This document shows, in pieces, positions 28,731 to 46,609 of a DNA stretch of 64,000 nucleotides (its first letter is position 1; every line of letters starts with the position of its first letter). The notes under the pieces are model-generated. The model was given only the letters and a program-made list of their open reading frames with translations. It was not told the origin of the DNA and did not search any database. The translations under genes were made by a program, and so were the position numbers. Source of the stretch: the human T2T-CHM13v2.0 reference genome, Homo sapiens; NCBI RefSeq assembly GCF_009914755.1, contig NC_060938.1; one strand, 5' to 3'.

Positions 28731-29222
28731 TAACATTAGTTTCCTATTGTTGCTGTAACAAATTACCACAAACTTAGTGGCTTAAAACAACATACACATA
28801 TTATCTTTCGGTTCTGGAGGTCAGAAGTCCAAAATGATCTTACAGGCTAAACCAACGTGCCAGTAAAACTGTGTTTCTTTTGGAGGCTCGAGAGGAGAAT
28901 CCATTTCTTTTTTGTTTTTCCAGCTTGCAGAGGCAGCCTTTATTCTTTGGCTTTTTGCTCCTCCTCTATCTTCACAGCACATCACTCCAACCTCTGCTTC
29001 CCATGTCACATCTCTCTGGCTCTGACACTTCTGGCTCCTGCTTATGAGGACCTTGTGATTACATTGAGCCTGCCCAAATAGTCCAGGACAATCTTCATAT
29101 TTCAAGAGTCTTATTTCAATCACATCTGCAAAGTCTTTTTTGCCATGTATGGTAACATTCACTGTTCTTCAGATTAAGACATGAACGTCTTCAGAGTGGA
29201 GGTTCATTATTCTGTCTACCAT
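28731..29222 (-). mobile_element. MLT1D-like MaLR solo LTR
   Basis: ATTAGTTTCCTATTGTTGCTGTAACAAATTACCACAAACTTAGTGGCTTAAAACAAC..TTCTGGAGGTCAGAAGTCC..AATCACATCTGCAAAGTC..ATTATTCTGTCTACC. Confidence 0.88.
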
Positions 29223-30425
29223 CTTTTATTTCTAAATGGCTCAGGGAGTTTTAGAAGAGTTTCACATTCCTTTTGTGACCACAGGAGCTGCATGTTTAGA
29301 ATTTAGATGAAAACTTTTTTTTTTTATTTCCACAAAAATTGCCAAATGCTGCCAAATACCCTTCCTTGCTCCTAGCTCCACATTAGTTTATCCATGAAGA
29401 TTGATAACCATTGCAATTTTATCTTATGGGATTTAGGTGCTGTTTTTCAACACATGGAAAGCTTGATTAGTTTTCCTAAACAGCTTTTATAGATAGCTGG
29501 GCAAGCCAGGCATCCTCCAGAAAGAATGGTGGGGATATTCAAAACATGGCAAGGCAAAGCAACTTTATCAAGCACTATTATGGAGTGTTTCTCTCTTTTT
29601 TTTCTCCTTAAAATGTGATCACTAGAAAACTCGAAATTGTACATAAAATAACAGAACCAGAAAGTAAAGCAGATATGTCTCATTCCAAAGTGTGCTAGCA
29701 AGATTCTCTTTGCAAAGGCATTTTATAACACTATAAATGTATTTTAGGGATTTGAGGTTTTATTGTTTCTTTTGCCTTTCTTACATTTTAATATATAATT
29801 TGGAAATCTTGACTGTAAGCACTATCTGAAAATAAAGTTGAAAATATTATCTATATCTTTGGTGAGTAAATAATATCAATTAATACCACTTCCTCCTTGG
29901 AAAAACATAACTTTGTGTGGAATGATAAAGAGAAATCTGAAATTACCAATAAGTACCAGAAGGGGCAAATCCAAGCAGTGAGTAAGTGGTAGAAACAAAT
30001 TATGGGCGACTGGTAAACTTCAGAACCACAAATTAAACTTTATGAGAAAGCAACCCTATTAATATTATTAATCAAAATATACATTCTGGATGCATGATGA
30101 ATATATATGTTTATGAATCTAGCATACCAAGCCTCAATGCTAAGCTAAGGCCAGTGCTTGTTTGCAAAGATTTTTTTTTAATCAATTTGCTGCAAATTGA
30201 GAAAAATAAGGATTTTACATATTTTTCCTGAAATAACACTCAATTTAAAGAACAGATTTTTATTCTTAGATTTCAAAAATAAAGCTTTTAAAATTATGTT
30301 CCTCCCCAAAACCTTTGAAATGTTTACTTGCCTGTGCAATTCAGAAATTAATACACTGTAAAGCTAGTGCAGAGTATAGGCAAAGGAATCTGATAATGTA
30401 GTTCATAGTTTATTTTAGTCATATT

Positions 30426-30518
30426 CTATATATATCTATTATATATATATCTATTTTACATATATATCTATTTTATATATATCTATTTTACATATATATC
30501 TATTTTATATATATCTAT
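30426..30518. repeat. AT-rich minisatellite with a 17+15 bp dimeric unit
   Basis: [CTATTTTACATATATAT][CTATTTTATATATAT] occurs perfectly twice (30451-30514), flanked by degenerate units. Confidence 0.9.
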
Positions 30519-31699
30519 GTAGCTGTAGATATAAGTACTTCCCTCTGATAAAAACATTACATATACTCTCATTGATTAATTGGTTTAATGCATAGATGGA
30601 CATGGAAAAGAGAAACCATCATTCAGTCTATTGAAATATCTGTGAAACCCATGGTCAAATACACTTTCACAATTTGAATCACACAAAGAAGGTGGGGACT
30701 GAGTGATTATGCCATATGACTATAGCAGACTATTCAAGTTGGGAAAGAATAACTTTTTCTATTAATTATTTATCTACTTGTATCTAATTAAACTGGAATT
30801 ATAATTACCATTTAGAGCTTTCATGAGTAAAGGAGATGCATACATATATTTCCTAAGAGTGCATGGCCATTTTGCTCCCCTCAGAAGACATTGCAGTTTG
30901 ACAGTGATGTACACATTTTTTTCTTTGCTTTTGTGCTTTCACAAAAAGGATGATGACATGCAGGGAATTTTTAAAGAGCGTATGGCAGCAAAGTCTCCCA
31001 AAATAAATAACTATTTATTCTAACCCCTTCTATGTGAAGGGATAGTAGCAGGATAAGAACATTCCAATAGCTCATTGCTGATGCATAAACATTTAGAAGG
31101 GATGCATTTCATTTACACAGAAATTCTCTGAGGTAAAGAGCCATTCGTGTTGGAAAAATAGGCTTACTCCTTGTTACAGAAACTGAGTTCTCAGGGCCTG
31201 TTTATTGGCTTGAAATAATTTTATAAAGGAAGAAGAAAGCCACTCTGATTAATTGAAAGAGAATCTGAAGCTCCAGAGGAGAACCCAAAGGGTAGCGAGT
31301 AAGCAGAAGAGAAGGGTAAAGAAGAAATGTCAGAATATTTTATACTATGGAATATAAATTTTCATCAGAATACCTACATATTTTTAATTAAAAATAAAAT
31401 CTAAAGAACCAAAAATTATGAGGCAATAGAGCAATTCTAAGTTTTCTTCAATGTCTGAGAGGTATGGAGGTCCCTGTGGCGATTTTGGTTATCCTGAGTT
31501 GAACCTTCATTATCTTTACTACTATTTTCCTGCTGCTGAGGATTAAGTATTTTATATTAGATTGTGTAATAAAAAATAGCTTATTTTTTATTGCAACAGT
31601 TAAGATTGATTACATTGATTAGATATAAATAACATAAAACCCAAGGAACTATATTTTCAATAAGAAAATTATTTATCTTATAGCCATATAACAATATAG

Positions 31700-31972
31700 A
31701 GAATAATATGAAGTTTGAGAAGCAGACTCTCTCTCAAAAAACATCAGGGAACACAGACACATCCCAATGCACAAAATCAATGTGCAAAAATCACGAAGCC
31801 ACTATCCCAGCTTTGGCATGTAGTCCTTACCCTAATGTTTGTTAGCACTGCGGCAAAATGGCTGCCAATCCTGTAAGCATCAGGCCCACATGTTGGTCGG
31901 GGGTGTAGGTGGGGAGGGGGAAAAAGACTTGTCAGCAGCCAAGGTTATCACCTTCTAAAAAGCTATATTTAG
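31700..31972 (-). mobile_element. Old MLT1 (K/L-like) LTR, left part; resumes at about 35694-35830
   Basis: CATCAGGGA..AAAATGGCTGCC..GCATCA on the left; TCTTATTGGCAGAGCTGGG..TCTGCCACA after the L1. Confidence 0.5.
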
Positions 31973-32968
31973 TTGGTAGGCTATTACTGCCATGATTTCA
32001 GAACTTGTTATCAGTCTATTCAGTGATTCGACTTCTTCCTGGTTTAGTCTTGGGAGGGTGTATGTGTCCAGGATTTTATACATTTCTTCTAGATTTTCTA
32101 GTTTATTTGTGTAGAGGTGTTTATAGTATTCTCTGATGGTAGTTTGTATTTCTGTGGGATCAGTGCTCAGATCTGGTTTATCATTTTTTATTGTGTCTAT
32201 TTGATTCTTCTCTCTTTTCTTCTTTATTAGTCTGGCTAGCAGTCTATTTTGTTAATCTTTTCAAAAAAACCAGCTCCTAGATCCATTAATTTTTTAAAGT
32301 TTTTCATGTCTGTATCTCCTTCAGTTCTGCTCTGATCTTAGTTATTTCTTTTTTTTTCTCCTAGCTTTTGAATTTGTTTGCCCTTGCTTCTCTAGTTCTT
32401 TTAATGATGATGTTAGAGTGTCGATTTCAGATCTTTCCTGCTTTCTGATGTGGGCATTTAGTCTATAAATTTCCTTCTCAGCACTGCTCTGTGTCCCAGA
32501 GGTTCTGGTATGCTGTGTCTTTTTTCTCACTGGTTTCAAAGAACTGATTTATTTCTGCCTTAATTTCATTATTTACCCAGTAGTCATTCAGGAGCAGGTT
32601 GTTTAGTTTCCATGCAGTTGTGCAGTTTCGAGTGAGTTTCTTAATTCTGAGTTCTAATTTGATTGCACTGTGGTCTGAGAGACTGTTTCTAATTATGTTC
32701 TTTTGCATTTGCTGGGAAGTATTTTACTTCCAATTATGTGGTTATTTTTAGAATAAGTGTGATGTGATGCTGAGAATAATGTATATTCTGTTGATTTGGG
32801 GTGGAAAGTTCTATACATGTCTATTAGGTCCACTTAGTCCAGAGCTGTGTTCAAGTCCTGAATATCCTTGTTAAGTTTCTGTCTCTTTGATCTGTCTAAT
32901 ATTGACAGTGGGGTGTTGAAGTCTCCCACTTTTATTGTGTGGGAGTCTAAGTCTCTTTGTAGGTCTCT

Positions 32969-32969
<1 letters not shown>
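31973..32969 (-). mobile_element. L1PA7 inverted 5' segment (ORF2 endonuclease C-terminus and linker)
   Basis: Antisense ORF2 (minus ORF 32478..32708 contains [17 protein letters not shown]). The strand switches at ..GTAGGTCTCTA|CCAGATGG. Confidence 0.93.
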
Positions 32970-35624
<2,655 letters not shown>

Positions 35625-37344
35625 TTAGAATATATATATTCATAGCATAAAGAACATTATAAAAACTTTAAAATAAACTTGAAGAAAGAATAGAAACGCT
35701 ATATTTAGAAGCTCTACACCTTCATTTCTGTTTATGTCTTATTGGCAGAGCTGGGTTGTCTGACCAGATCTAGTTTGGGGAAGGTTGCTAAGGGAAACAG
35801 AAGGCCAGCACATCAAGAATGTCTGCCACAAGTTTCTTCAAATTAATTCATGCTTTTTTCGGGGAGATATTAACAGTATTCAGTTTAAATCAATGTCATT
35901 ATTATAGTTAAATTGATGAAAAATAGTAAATTGATGACAAAATATTAACCAAGCTATTTAACAGATTGTTGATATTCTAATTGGAATGTTTTTAAAAATA
36001 CTAAAATGTCTGATTTATCATTTTTTTGGCTTCTACTGATAAGATTGAGGCACAAAGATATTGACCAAAGTTATTGAAACAGCTATGCAATTAAGACCAA
36101 GATAATTAAAACAAAATTAATAATTTGTCCAGGTTGTAAATAAACATAGACAATTTGCCATATTGATCGTAAATATTTACCATGTTCTTCTGTACATGGT
36201 ATTGTGTTAGAAATTATCTTCATATTTATGTTAAATTTTAGTATTTTATCCACGTGAAATAGTTGATGGGGATTGAAAATGACCACTCCAGATACTTAAA
36301 TTGTGCTTTTGAGGATTTCTACCCTACCAAGGAAATCCTCACACATCTGACTGCCAAAATACAAATATTACTGAAAGGTTAATGCATTTTAAACTCCAAT
36401 TTCTTTGTATTAAAGGGTTAATTAGAAACCTACTTTAATGATAAAAGGGACTTGGGACTTGACCTGACTTCCGAGATTGTAGGATATACAGACATAACTC
36501 AGGAGGGCACTGAATGGAGAAATGGAAGATTCTAAAATGTTCTAGTATGTAATTTAGACAAAAAGTTATGCAAAGTGGAAGCTAAAAAGTTAAATATTTA
36601 ATGAGACTTGTTACAACCTCTTTTAGAATTTAGAGGTTATCAGCATAAAATCTTCATGACAGCCTTCCCTGAAAATCTATTTCTGCTTGAACAATTTTAA
36701 AACGTATATCTTTTGCTTCTGAATTATTTTTGTAGGGGATTTTCACATCCAACTTAGTAAGGAACACCCAAATGCAATGAGATAAATGATGTTCTCTCTG
36801 GTTGGCAACATGTTGAGATTTTTCATCTCTAATTCTGTTATCATATGGTTATCATCTTCTCTGAATTATGCATATATACAGTCAATTAAATTAAAAACCT
36901 TTCAATAAATTATGCTTAGAACTGTGGAAACAGTGGATCTATTCTGAGTTACTGTGATATTCTCTCTTTATTATTCCTTATTGGTTTAAGAAAAAAAGTG
37001 GCCTCTCAACCTTTTGCAAAATGTGCATATGCCATATGATTATGAGGGACCACTGGCTGGAAATGAGGAATTCTTTGTACTTATCACAATTTCACAAATG
37101 GGCAACAAGAAAACTAGTCCAAATACCTCAGGATTGGTAACTGATTATTAATCTACATTAATCAACTGTTTTTAAAAGTGATATGGAAAAAACCTCCACC
37201 AAGGCATGTATATCTGCCTTGACATTCTACTGGCAAAATAACTACATATAACCTCTGTACTTTGATATCCAGGATTAGGGCCACCTATGCTGTGGCCTGC
37301 AAAGGGAAAGAGAAAAATATAGGGAGGAGTGTGTGAGTTACATC

Positions 37345-38960
37345 ATTTTTGTCTTTTTAGTTTGAAAAAAATTCAAACTCACAGAAAAAGTTGAAAGACT
37401 ATTACAAAGAATTTTTTCTTCTTAACCATTTTGCAGTAAATTGCCAACATAATGCTTCATACCTTTCAGTACTTGGGTTAGTATTTTCTACAAAAAGACG
37501 GAAATTTTCCAATTATCACAATCTAACCATCAAAATCAGAAAATTTATACTGATATATTTCTACCATATCAACCACAGACCCAGTCAGCTTTTGCCAATT
37601 GTCCCAAAAATGCCCTTCATAGCCAAATAATCCAGTTGAGGATCGTGAATTGCATTTTGCTGTGATACCTTTTAGCCTCCTGCAATCCGGAATGCTTTTC
37701 TGATCTTCTCTTGATTTTCATGACTTTGGAACTTTTGAAGACTAGAGGTTAATTATTTTGAAGAATGTCCCTCAGTGTGAATTTGTCTGATACTTTCTCA
37801 TAGTTAGATTCAGGTTCTGCATCTTTGGCGGAAGTGTCACAGACGTGATGCAGTGTTCTGCTTATTTAGTCCTATCAGGTGGCAAGTGATTTTGTTTTTC
37901 ATTACTGATGATGATAACCTTGATGACTTGTTTAAAGTGGTAATTGTAAGATTTTTCTACTGTAAATTCTTTCGCTTCCCTTTTTTAGTATGTATTTTGT
38001 TTGAAGGTATTTTGAGAGGATGTAAATATTCTATTTCCTCTCTCCATTTCACTAACTAGTTTTAGTATATATTGATGTTTTTAGTGAAATTATTTTAGGT
38101 ATGATAATTGTCAAATGGTGAATTTCTAAATCTGTTTTTTTCTATGTTAGTTCACATTTTTCTGTAATTAATAGCTTTTTTCTTTAATTATTCATTTATA
38201 CTAGTATGGACTAATGAGGTTTTTATTTTCTCCAATGAGTTATAATTTCTTTATTTCGTTGCTCAAATATCCTGTTTGGTCAATTTGAACCTCTTATGCT
38301 GGCTTCTGAGTTAACTTTGTTTTGTATTTATTTATTTATTTTTATTTACTTATTTTTTTGATACATCCCCATCATTCTTTGAGCACTGCCTTAGTTTCTG
38401 GCAGAGTGAGATGTTCTTGTTCTTTTCTCGCTCCAGTCTTAGAGTCAGCCGTTTGTGCAAAGTGTTCTAATTTCTTTTCCTGGAGAATGCTATTTAGGAA
38501 CCAGATCTGTGATCTTGGTATGGTCATTTCCATTGAGGTTTTGCTCTTCTCAGGCCATACCAGTCAGTTGATAAAGCCAGGAAATGCACACACGTGCACA
38601 CACACACACACTCACACTCACATACCCTTTTATGTCCATGTTGATTTCTATATCCTGATATATTGAAAACTGTTATTTCACGTGAATAATAATAGTTCTC
38701 TTTACTTATCAAAATTTCTGCTATAGTAGCTTTCTCTATATTTCACAAATCACAAATTTACACTAGTGCCTCCTGTTCACACCAGTACATCAAATTTCTC
38801 TTCCAATCCAATGCCACAAGGTGCATTTTAATCTTCTTTTATTCTACTTGGAACTCCTTCCTCAAGTAAAAAGTAACATATAGCCCCATTTACCCACAAT
38901 CTATTTGCTATTGGATTGATGCCCTCTTTGTTTATACTATCTCCCATTTTCATTGCTACA
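37345..38960 (-). mobile_element. L1MC4/5-like 3' region
   Basis: TTCAAACTCACAGAAAAAGTTG..AACCATCAAAATCAGAAAATT..TTTGCCAATTGTCCC..TTTTGAAGAATGTCCCTCA..TTAGATTCAGGTT..GAGTCAGCCGTTT..AACCAGATCTG. Confidence 0.75.
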
Positions 38961-41949
38961 ATTCTGTCTGCTCAGCTACTTCTTTACCCTACTTGGGCTC
39001 CAATAACCCACCAGAATGTCCTTCCACCACTTCCCTCCTCCCCCTTATAAACTTGCTCGTTCTTCCCAAGCTTTAAGACCCCACACTGGGCTATTACCTA
39101 TGCTCTCCTCACACACTGGGGTTCTGATAACACATATAAAGTTTCTGATGCACTTCCTTCCAGATGCCCTTCACTCCATTTGGGTTTCAACAATCAGAAA
39201 TGTGCTGCAGTCTCATTCCCCCATAGACTCTTAATTTACTCAAGCCATGTAATAGTGTTTAGGCTGAGTACTAGGAAAGAAGGAAGGAAGAGTGGGAGGG
39301 AGGAAAGAAGGGGGATAAAAGAAATACAGGAAGGAAGAGAGAAAGCAAAGAGTAAGGGAGCTATACCATTATTTAAAAGATCAGAGAATACCAGTTTTTG
39401 TCTTACAGGTGTGAGTGAGGACACTTTCCCACATACAATTGGGGGTGTTCATTATATCAGCTCTCCAACAGCAAAATTTAGCTGATGGTTGCTGAAAACC
39501 ATAATCATGCCAAAAAGGTAGCGGTTTTATAATAAAGTACAAAGTATGTGAAGCAAAAGGCTTTCCACCTGCTCAAATATCTCCTAGGCCATTTTCATCT
39601 TTATAAATACAGGATTCTTGGAAGATAAGTAGATAAATACCAACAGGAGTGTGAAGAAGATTTCAGAGAATTTGTATTGTCAGAGTTTGGCTAGGTGGTT
39701 GTTTTGTTTTTGTTTTTTGTTTGTTTGTTTCCAGAAAACAAATACCAGAGAGGCAGAAAGAGGATTTGATGGTGCAGGATTATCATCATTTTGGTTTTGG
39801 TTATAGATTGGTTATTTTAATTTGATTGCCTACAGCAGTGACTGGTCTTTGATACAAGGTAAAGAGTAATTATTGAAATCAAAGCCTAAACTGAGTGCAT
39901 TGGCAATGATGACAAATCATACCCATCAACTGCCTCTGAAGATCCTGGACTGAAAGAGACTTTTGCATATTTTCAATTTTAAATTCTCATGTACTTGGAT
40001 CAAAATCCTCATATTTTAGGCAAATATGGTCAATGTTCTTACACAGTCAATATTTATGATGCTAAGCTTGTGTCAAAATGACTCTAAATGATCATATTTG
40101 GCAAAATATTATATATAACAAGCTAAAAATTAAGTACAAATATAATTACTGTGTTGAGGAAGGGAAAGCATCCAAGAGTTGGTAGTGTGTTTTTCAGAAA
40201 ATACACATATATAGACATGTACACCACAATGACAGACAGCAGCTGACAACTTAAAATTTGGAAAGCATTTTTTAAAGGAAATCTATATTTTCCTAGGATC
40301 ACTTTTGTGTCTACATCTACAAAGAGGATTATTTCCACAGGTGGGTCAATTACAATGGTGTTCCTCAGTATTTCATTATTTGGGTAATTCTACAGCTGAA
40401 ATAGTCATGGTAAGTAATCAATCTCCTGTTAAAATGAAAACGCCATCCTGTAACATGTTAAAGAAATAGTCATAAGGCTAATAGGGATAAAATTATAACA
40501 TTGACATTCAAAAATCTACTCTTCTTATACCATGTATGTACACAACTCAACTTCTACTAAAAAGGGGGACCTATCACAGGGTCTGCTCCATGCGGTCTAG
40601 ATGATAGGCCATGATGAAGAAAGGGAAGGGAGACGGAAAAGCTAAGTCAATATATGTATTAAAGAGCTTAGAGAGAGGGACAACTATTTCTATTTAACTA
40701 TATTTCACTTCAATCAATGCTCTTTGCAAGAAATTTTATAGCAAGACTTCCTTTCTTATTGACAAAATCTTCATTTTTCTTAACCAAAATAATTTTAGTT
40801 GAATAACGTCTTCAGAAGGATCTGATATATTTTTTGAGATTGTGAACTTTGGAATTCCTTACTTTTAACTTCAAACATGGATAATAATATTAATACATGA
40901 TATCTACTAATGTAAAAAAGAAGTTTAAGGCCAGTATGATTTTTGAGTTGGGATTGTCTATAAATGGACTGTTTTTGCTGGTTAGTTCAACATAAAATTT
41001 TGTGTTTATTCCAGGGATTCCATAATGTTGCTAGGCTCTATATTGTTGTTTGCTAAAGTTTTATTTAAGTTTATTACATGTTCAGTTTTCCTTCATTTCA
41101 AATTTGTTAGGGTTATTTTAATAATAATAAACATATTTTATTCTAAAATATGTTTATTATTACTTTTTAAAAAATACAAAATGATATATCTTTATTATTT
41201 GTTTCACTTTTTTCTCTTGACATCCAAATCATTTTGTTGTTTGATCTCTGTGTGTCAGTCTGTTACCTCCATAGTTGTTTTAATACCTTTCTAATATCAC
41301 GGTAGCTCCACTTTCATCAATTGTTCAATTTACTTTACATTATAAATGAATTTCTTAATTGTCTTCTTCATATTCCCGACTTAACTTTCTTGTTAAACCT
41401 ATATTTGCTATATTGTTGAAACTTTTCTTTATTGCTTCTCACAGAATTCACCTAGTTAATTCCTTATTTATCTTCCTGTTCTCAGGAAGTCATCATCTCT
41501 AAGTTTTATTCTACATTGCACTTTGTAGGCTAGGTGCATAATTATTATGCTAACAGAACATTTGCATAACTTCTGCATTATTTCTGACACAATAATTTAT
41601 GGTCTATCCTCATATTCGCCAAAAAAATATTTGGGATGGATTTTTTTTTCCTTACTGCTCTCCCTGTTTGCAAAATATACTTAGAATCCTTTACTTAGAG
41701 ACCGCTGAAATGCTGTAAGTTGATCCAGGGCTAATTTTGAACAATGGAGCAAATATCCCTTACTTTTGAATAAATACCCTTCAGATTTTGTACTATCTCT
41801 TCATGTGTGGGGAGCTCAGAAATTTTCATAAAAGGTAAAGTTTAAGAAAAACATTGTAAATGGAAAGGTTTTAATTAAGTTGTTGCACTTATTTTCTTCT
41901 ATATAGCCTCATATCTATGGTGCCTTTTCCCTAGGAGATCCATTCTCTC

Positions 41950-42750
41950 CTCAATCATTCAGCAATTTATTATTAGTACCAGCTTTGTGTGAGGTACTAT
42001 TTTTGGCACTTGGGATACATCATTGTAGAAAAACAAAATCATGACCTCATAAAACTTAGAGTCTAGTTAACGGAGGCAAGCAATGAATAAATTGCGTGTG
42101 TGTGTTTGTGTGTGTGTGTCTGTGTGTGTGTGTGTAGTTAAGAAGGTTATAAATGTTTTGGAAGAAAATAGAATGGGGCAAGAAAAATGCGAAGTATGTG
42201 AAGCGAATATGTTGTAATTCAAAATAAGATGAAGTCCGAACAAATATTTGAGAGAAGTGAAAAAACTAATGGTGGAGACAGTTGGGAGAAGAGCTTTCTA
42301 GGTAGCATTATCAAACAACCAGTGCAAAGGCCCTAAAACGAGTATGAGCCTGGTGGAGGGTATGTTTGGTGGACAAGAAAAACACTAGTATGGCAGGAAC
42401 AGCATGGTGGCGGGATAGGTCAGAGAAGTGCAATAGATGAGGTCAGAATTGCAGCAGTAAACTAGGTTGCACAGGGACATGCAAGGCATTGTAAAAACTT
42501 TGCTTTTACTCAAAATAAATTTAAAAAAAAAGTTACGATTTTGACCAGAAGAGTGACATGATCACTTTGTAGACTTATATGAAGAGTAACTATAGTGGGG
42601 CAAGGGTAGAAAAGCAGGAAGGCAAGAGGCTAATTCAATAATCCAGGTGAGAGAGAGACTAGGATAAGAGTGGTAGAGTTAAGACAGAGAGAAGAGGTCA
42701 AATTCTGGTTACAATGTGAAGAAACTAATAAAATTGCTGGCAGTATATGA
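41950..42750 (-). mobile_element. L2a-like fragment containing an imperfect (TG)n at about 42096-42135
   Basis: ATCATTCAGCAATTTATT..GGCACTTGGGATACA..CAGTGCAAAGGCCCT..AGATGAGGTCAGA..GAGTGACATGATC..CAATAATCCAGGTGAGAG. Confidence 0.75.
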
Positions 42751-42756
42751 GCTGCA

Positions 42757-44025
<1,269 letters not shown>

Positions 44026-45665
44026 TAAAAAGGACATGAGCTGTACAAGACATGGAGAAGTCAAATATAAGCCTCAACTTTTTTGTGTGTCTTTTCCTGT
44101 GTCCTGTCTTGCTGTTCAAATTTCTCTTCTGATAATGTGTTAATATACTAGAGCTATTCCTGCTAAATATCACAGCATTTCTACTAAGTTGCTGCATCAA
44201 AATGAACAAATGAATAATTAGTGAATGAATATGTCAAGGAATGGCCAGATCTGTTCTTGCGGTAGAATGCTTTCCATCTATATAGGAAAATGGACTCTAT
44301 AATAGGAAAAATCCTATTTTCCCAATTATTTCCCAATTAGAATATATGATAATTAAACTGCTCTCTAAAAAGGAGTTTAGCTATCCATAGGACTTTATTT
44401 TTCTAAGTTGAATGAAGAAGAAGTCCCAATATCTTGTTTGCATATTTTTCTTTTTAAATAACTCTTCCACTTATATTTCCACCAAAATATTTACTTTTAG
44501 GAAAAGTACGTTTACATAATTTCAGTGTCCTCTTTCAATTTTGATATTATTTGTGTTATTATTTATTTGCATTTCTTTTAGTTGTATTTTTTGCATATTA
44601 TATTAGCAAGATATCCTCAATTGCTGTGGCATAATATTGGAATAATTTCTAGTTTCAATATTTTGGCATTGGTGATTTTTTTGCTTCTTTTAATCATTTT
44701 TCATTTCCAGTGACATCTTATTTTTTTTTCTTAATTTCAGCTCTATATTCCTAGACAACCAGAGACATCTAAACTTGATAGGGGTAGGTGTAACAGAACA
44801 ATTTCTGTACTTTTCACACATGATTCCAGGTGTTCAGTGTCACAAACCATTAGATGAATTTAGGTAGTCTCTAAATTCCACTCATGTTTTACTTTATATT
44901 TTCAGTTTATTTCTGTTCTATTTCAAAGGCTAGTATTTCCTTCTCTGCTTAGTTGACATAAATTTGGAAGTGTAGAGGGGAATGAAACATTCTAAGGTTA
45001 GCTAGTCATTCTACTCTTTTCTAAGAAGACAGACTCAAGAATAGGGCTTGCAAGGAATTTTCATAAGTAGAGAATAAATTATTTTTATGTTTTGGAATTA
45101 ACATACTACTGTTGTGCTGGGTAAGAAATATTAGAAAAACTTTTAGTGAACACAGATGTTTTATAATCATCTTTCTTGTAACTTCCATTTCAAAAACGTC
45201 TCATACTGTCATTTCATATTTTAACTTCATGAAACTGTGTTAATAAGCTATAGTAAAAATAATTTGATATAATTTGAGACAAAAATATGTGATATATGTG
45301 AATATTTGTTCTTATATAATTGAAATATATTTGACTGTGTTTATAAATTGCATATTTTGTATATGTACAGAAGTATGTTCCACTTAAAACAGTCCTGTTT
45401 TGAATCCTATTGTAAAGGGAAAATCATTTCCAAACAAGATAATTATTTGTTGTTATTTTAGCTATTTATAAAAATATTTTCATGTTATGTACATATGCTT
45501 TTGTGTATATTTTTAGGTGCATGTTCGTTTGTTGGTGATTTATGAATAAATATCATTTTCTTAGCAATAGAATCCCTCCTTAGGAAGAGATCAGTTGTTA
45601 TTGAGTCAATCTATTATTAAGTCTATTAGGATAGAAAATGAGACCTCACTAAAGTCTTGATTTAG

Positions 45666-46190
45666 TGTGATAAGCTGCCCGCTAAAATGACCCTCAGTAA
45701 TTACTGCCTCCGAGGGTTGAGGTCCTTGTGTATTCCCCTCCATGTGAATGTGGACGCAACCTAGTAAATTTCTTCTAACAAATAGAATATTCAAAAGTGA
45801 TGGGATACCATTTTCGAGATTAGGTTATAATCTCTTTGACTTCCCTCTTGCATCCCGTCTCTCTGTCTTTTCCCAATATTGTGCTCTGATGAAGCAAACT
45901 GCCATGTCTGAATTGCCCTATGAAGAGGCCAACATGGCAAAGAGCTGTGAGCAGCCTATAGCCTATAACCAGTGAGGAATTAAATATTGTCAACTGCCAA
46001 ATAATTAAACATGGAAATAGGTTCTTGGAGTCTTTAGATGACTTCAGTCCTGACTGAAACTTTGACTGCAGCCTTGACAGACCTTGACGCAGATGACCCC
46101 GATAAGCTACACTCAGTTCCTAATCTACAGAAACTGTAAATATGTTTGAAGCCACTAATTTGGGGGATAATTTGTAATAACCAATACATT
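45666..46190 (+). mobile_element. MLT1E/F-like MaLR LTR
   Basis: TGTG..CTAAAATGACCC..CTTCTAACAAATAGAATA..AAAAGTGATGGGA..GAGATTAGGTTATAA..TTGACTGCAGCCTTG..AAGCCACTAATTTGGGG. Confidence 0.8.
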
Positions 46191-46609
46191 GAGTTAGAAT
46201 ATATAAAGTATTCTCTAAGAAGAGGTGGTCTGCTAATCACAGGATTTTGTTTTTTAGTAGTCGGTGAAGAAAAGTTAAATACCAGAGATAAATAGTTCCC
46301 AATGTTAGCAAAATATGGCTTTTATTGAGAGAGGGACCTGAGAGGAAGAATTGAGGTACCTAATAAGAATTATTAGGAAATTTTTAGGGAATTGCAATAT
46401 GATGCACAATGTAAAGTTTCTTTCTAGTTTCCAAATAAAATATTTGGTAAAATCTGCATTACTAAGAAGTATATTATTAAATTGGACTTCTACAAAAAGA
46501 ATATGATAATACATTGAGAATGGCTTAAAGGTGTCAAAAGGAGATGAGCCTTCAGGAAGCTTTTGGGAGGTCATACATTGGAGTCATAACTTGCTTATTT
46601 TATTTTGTG

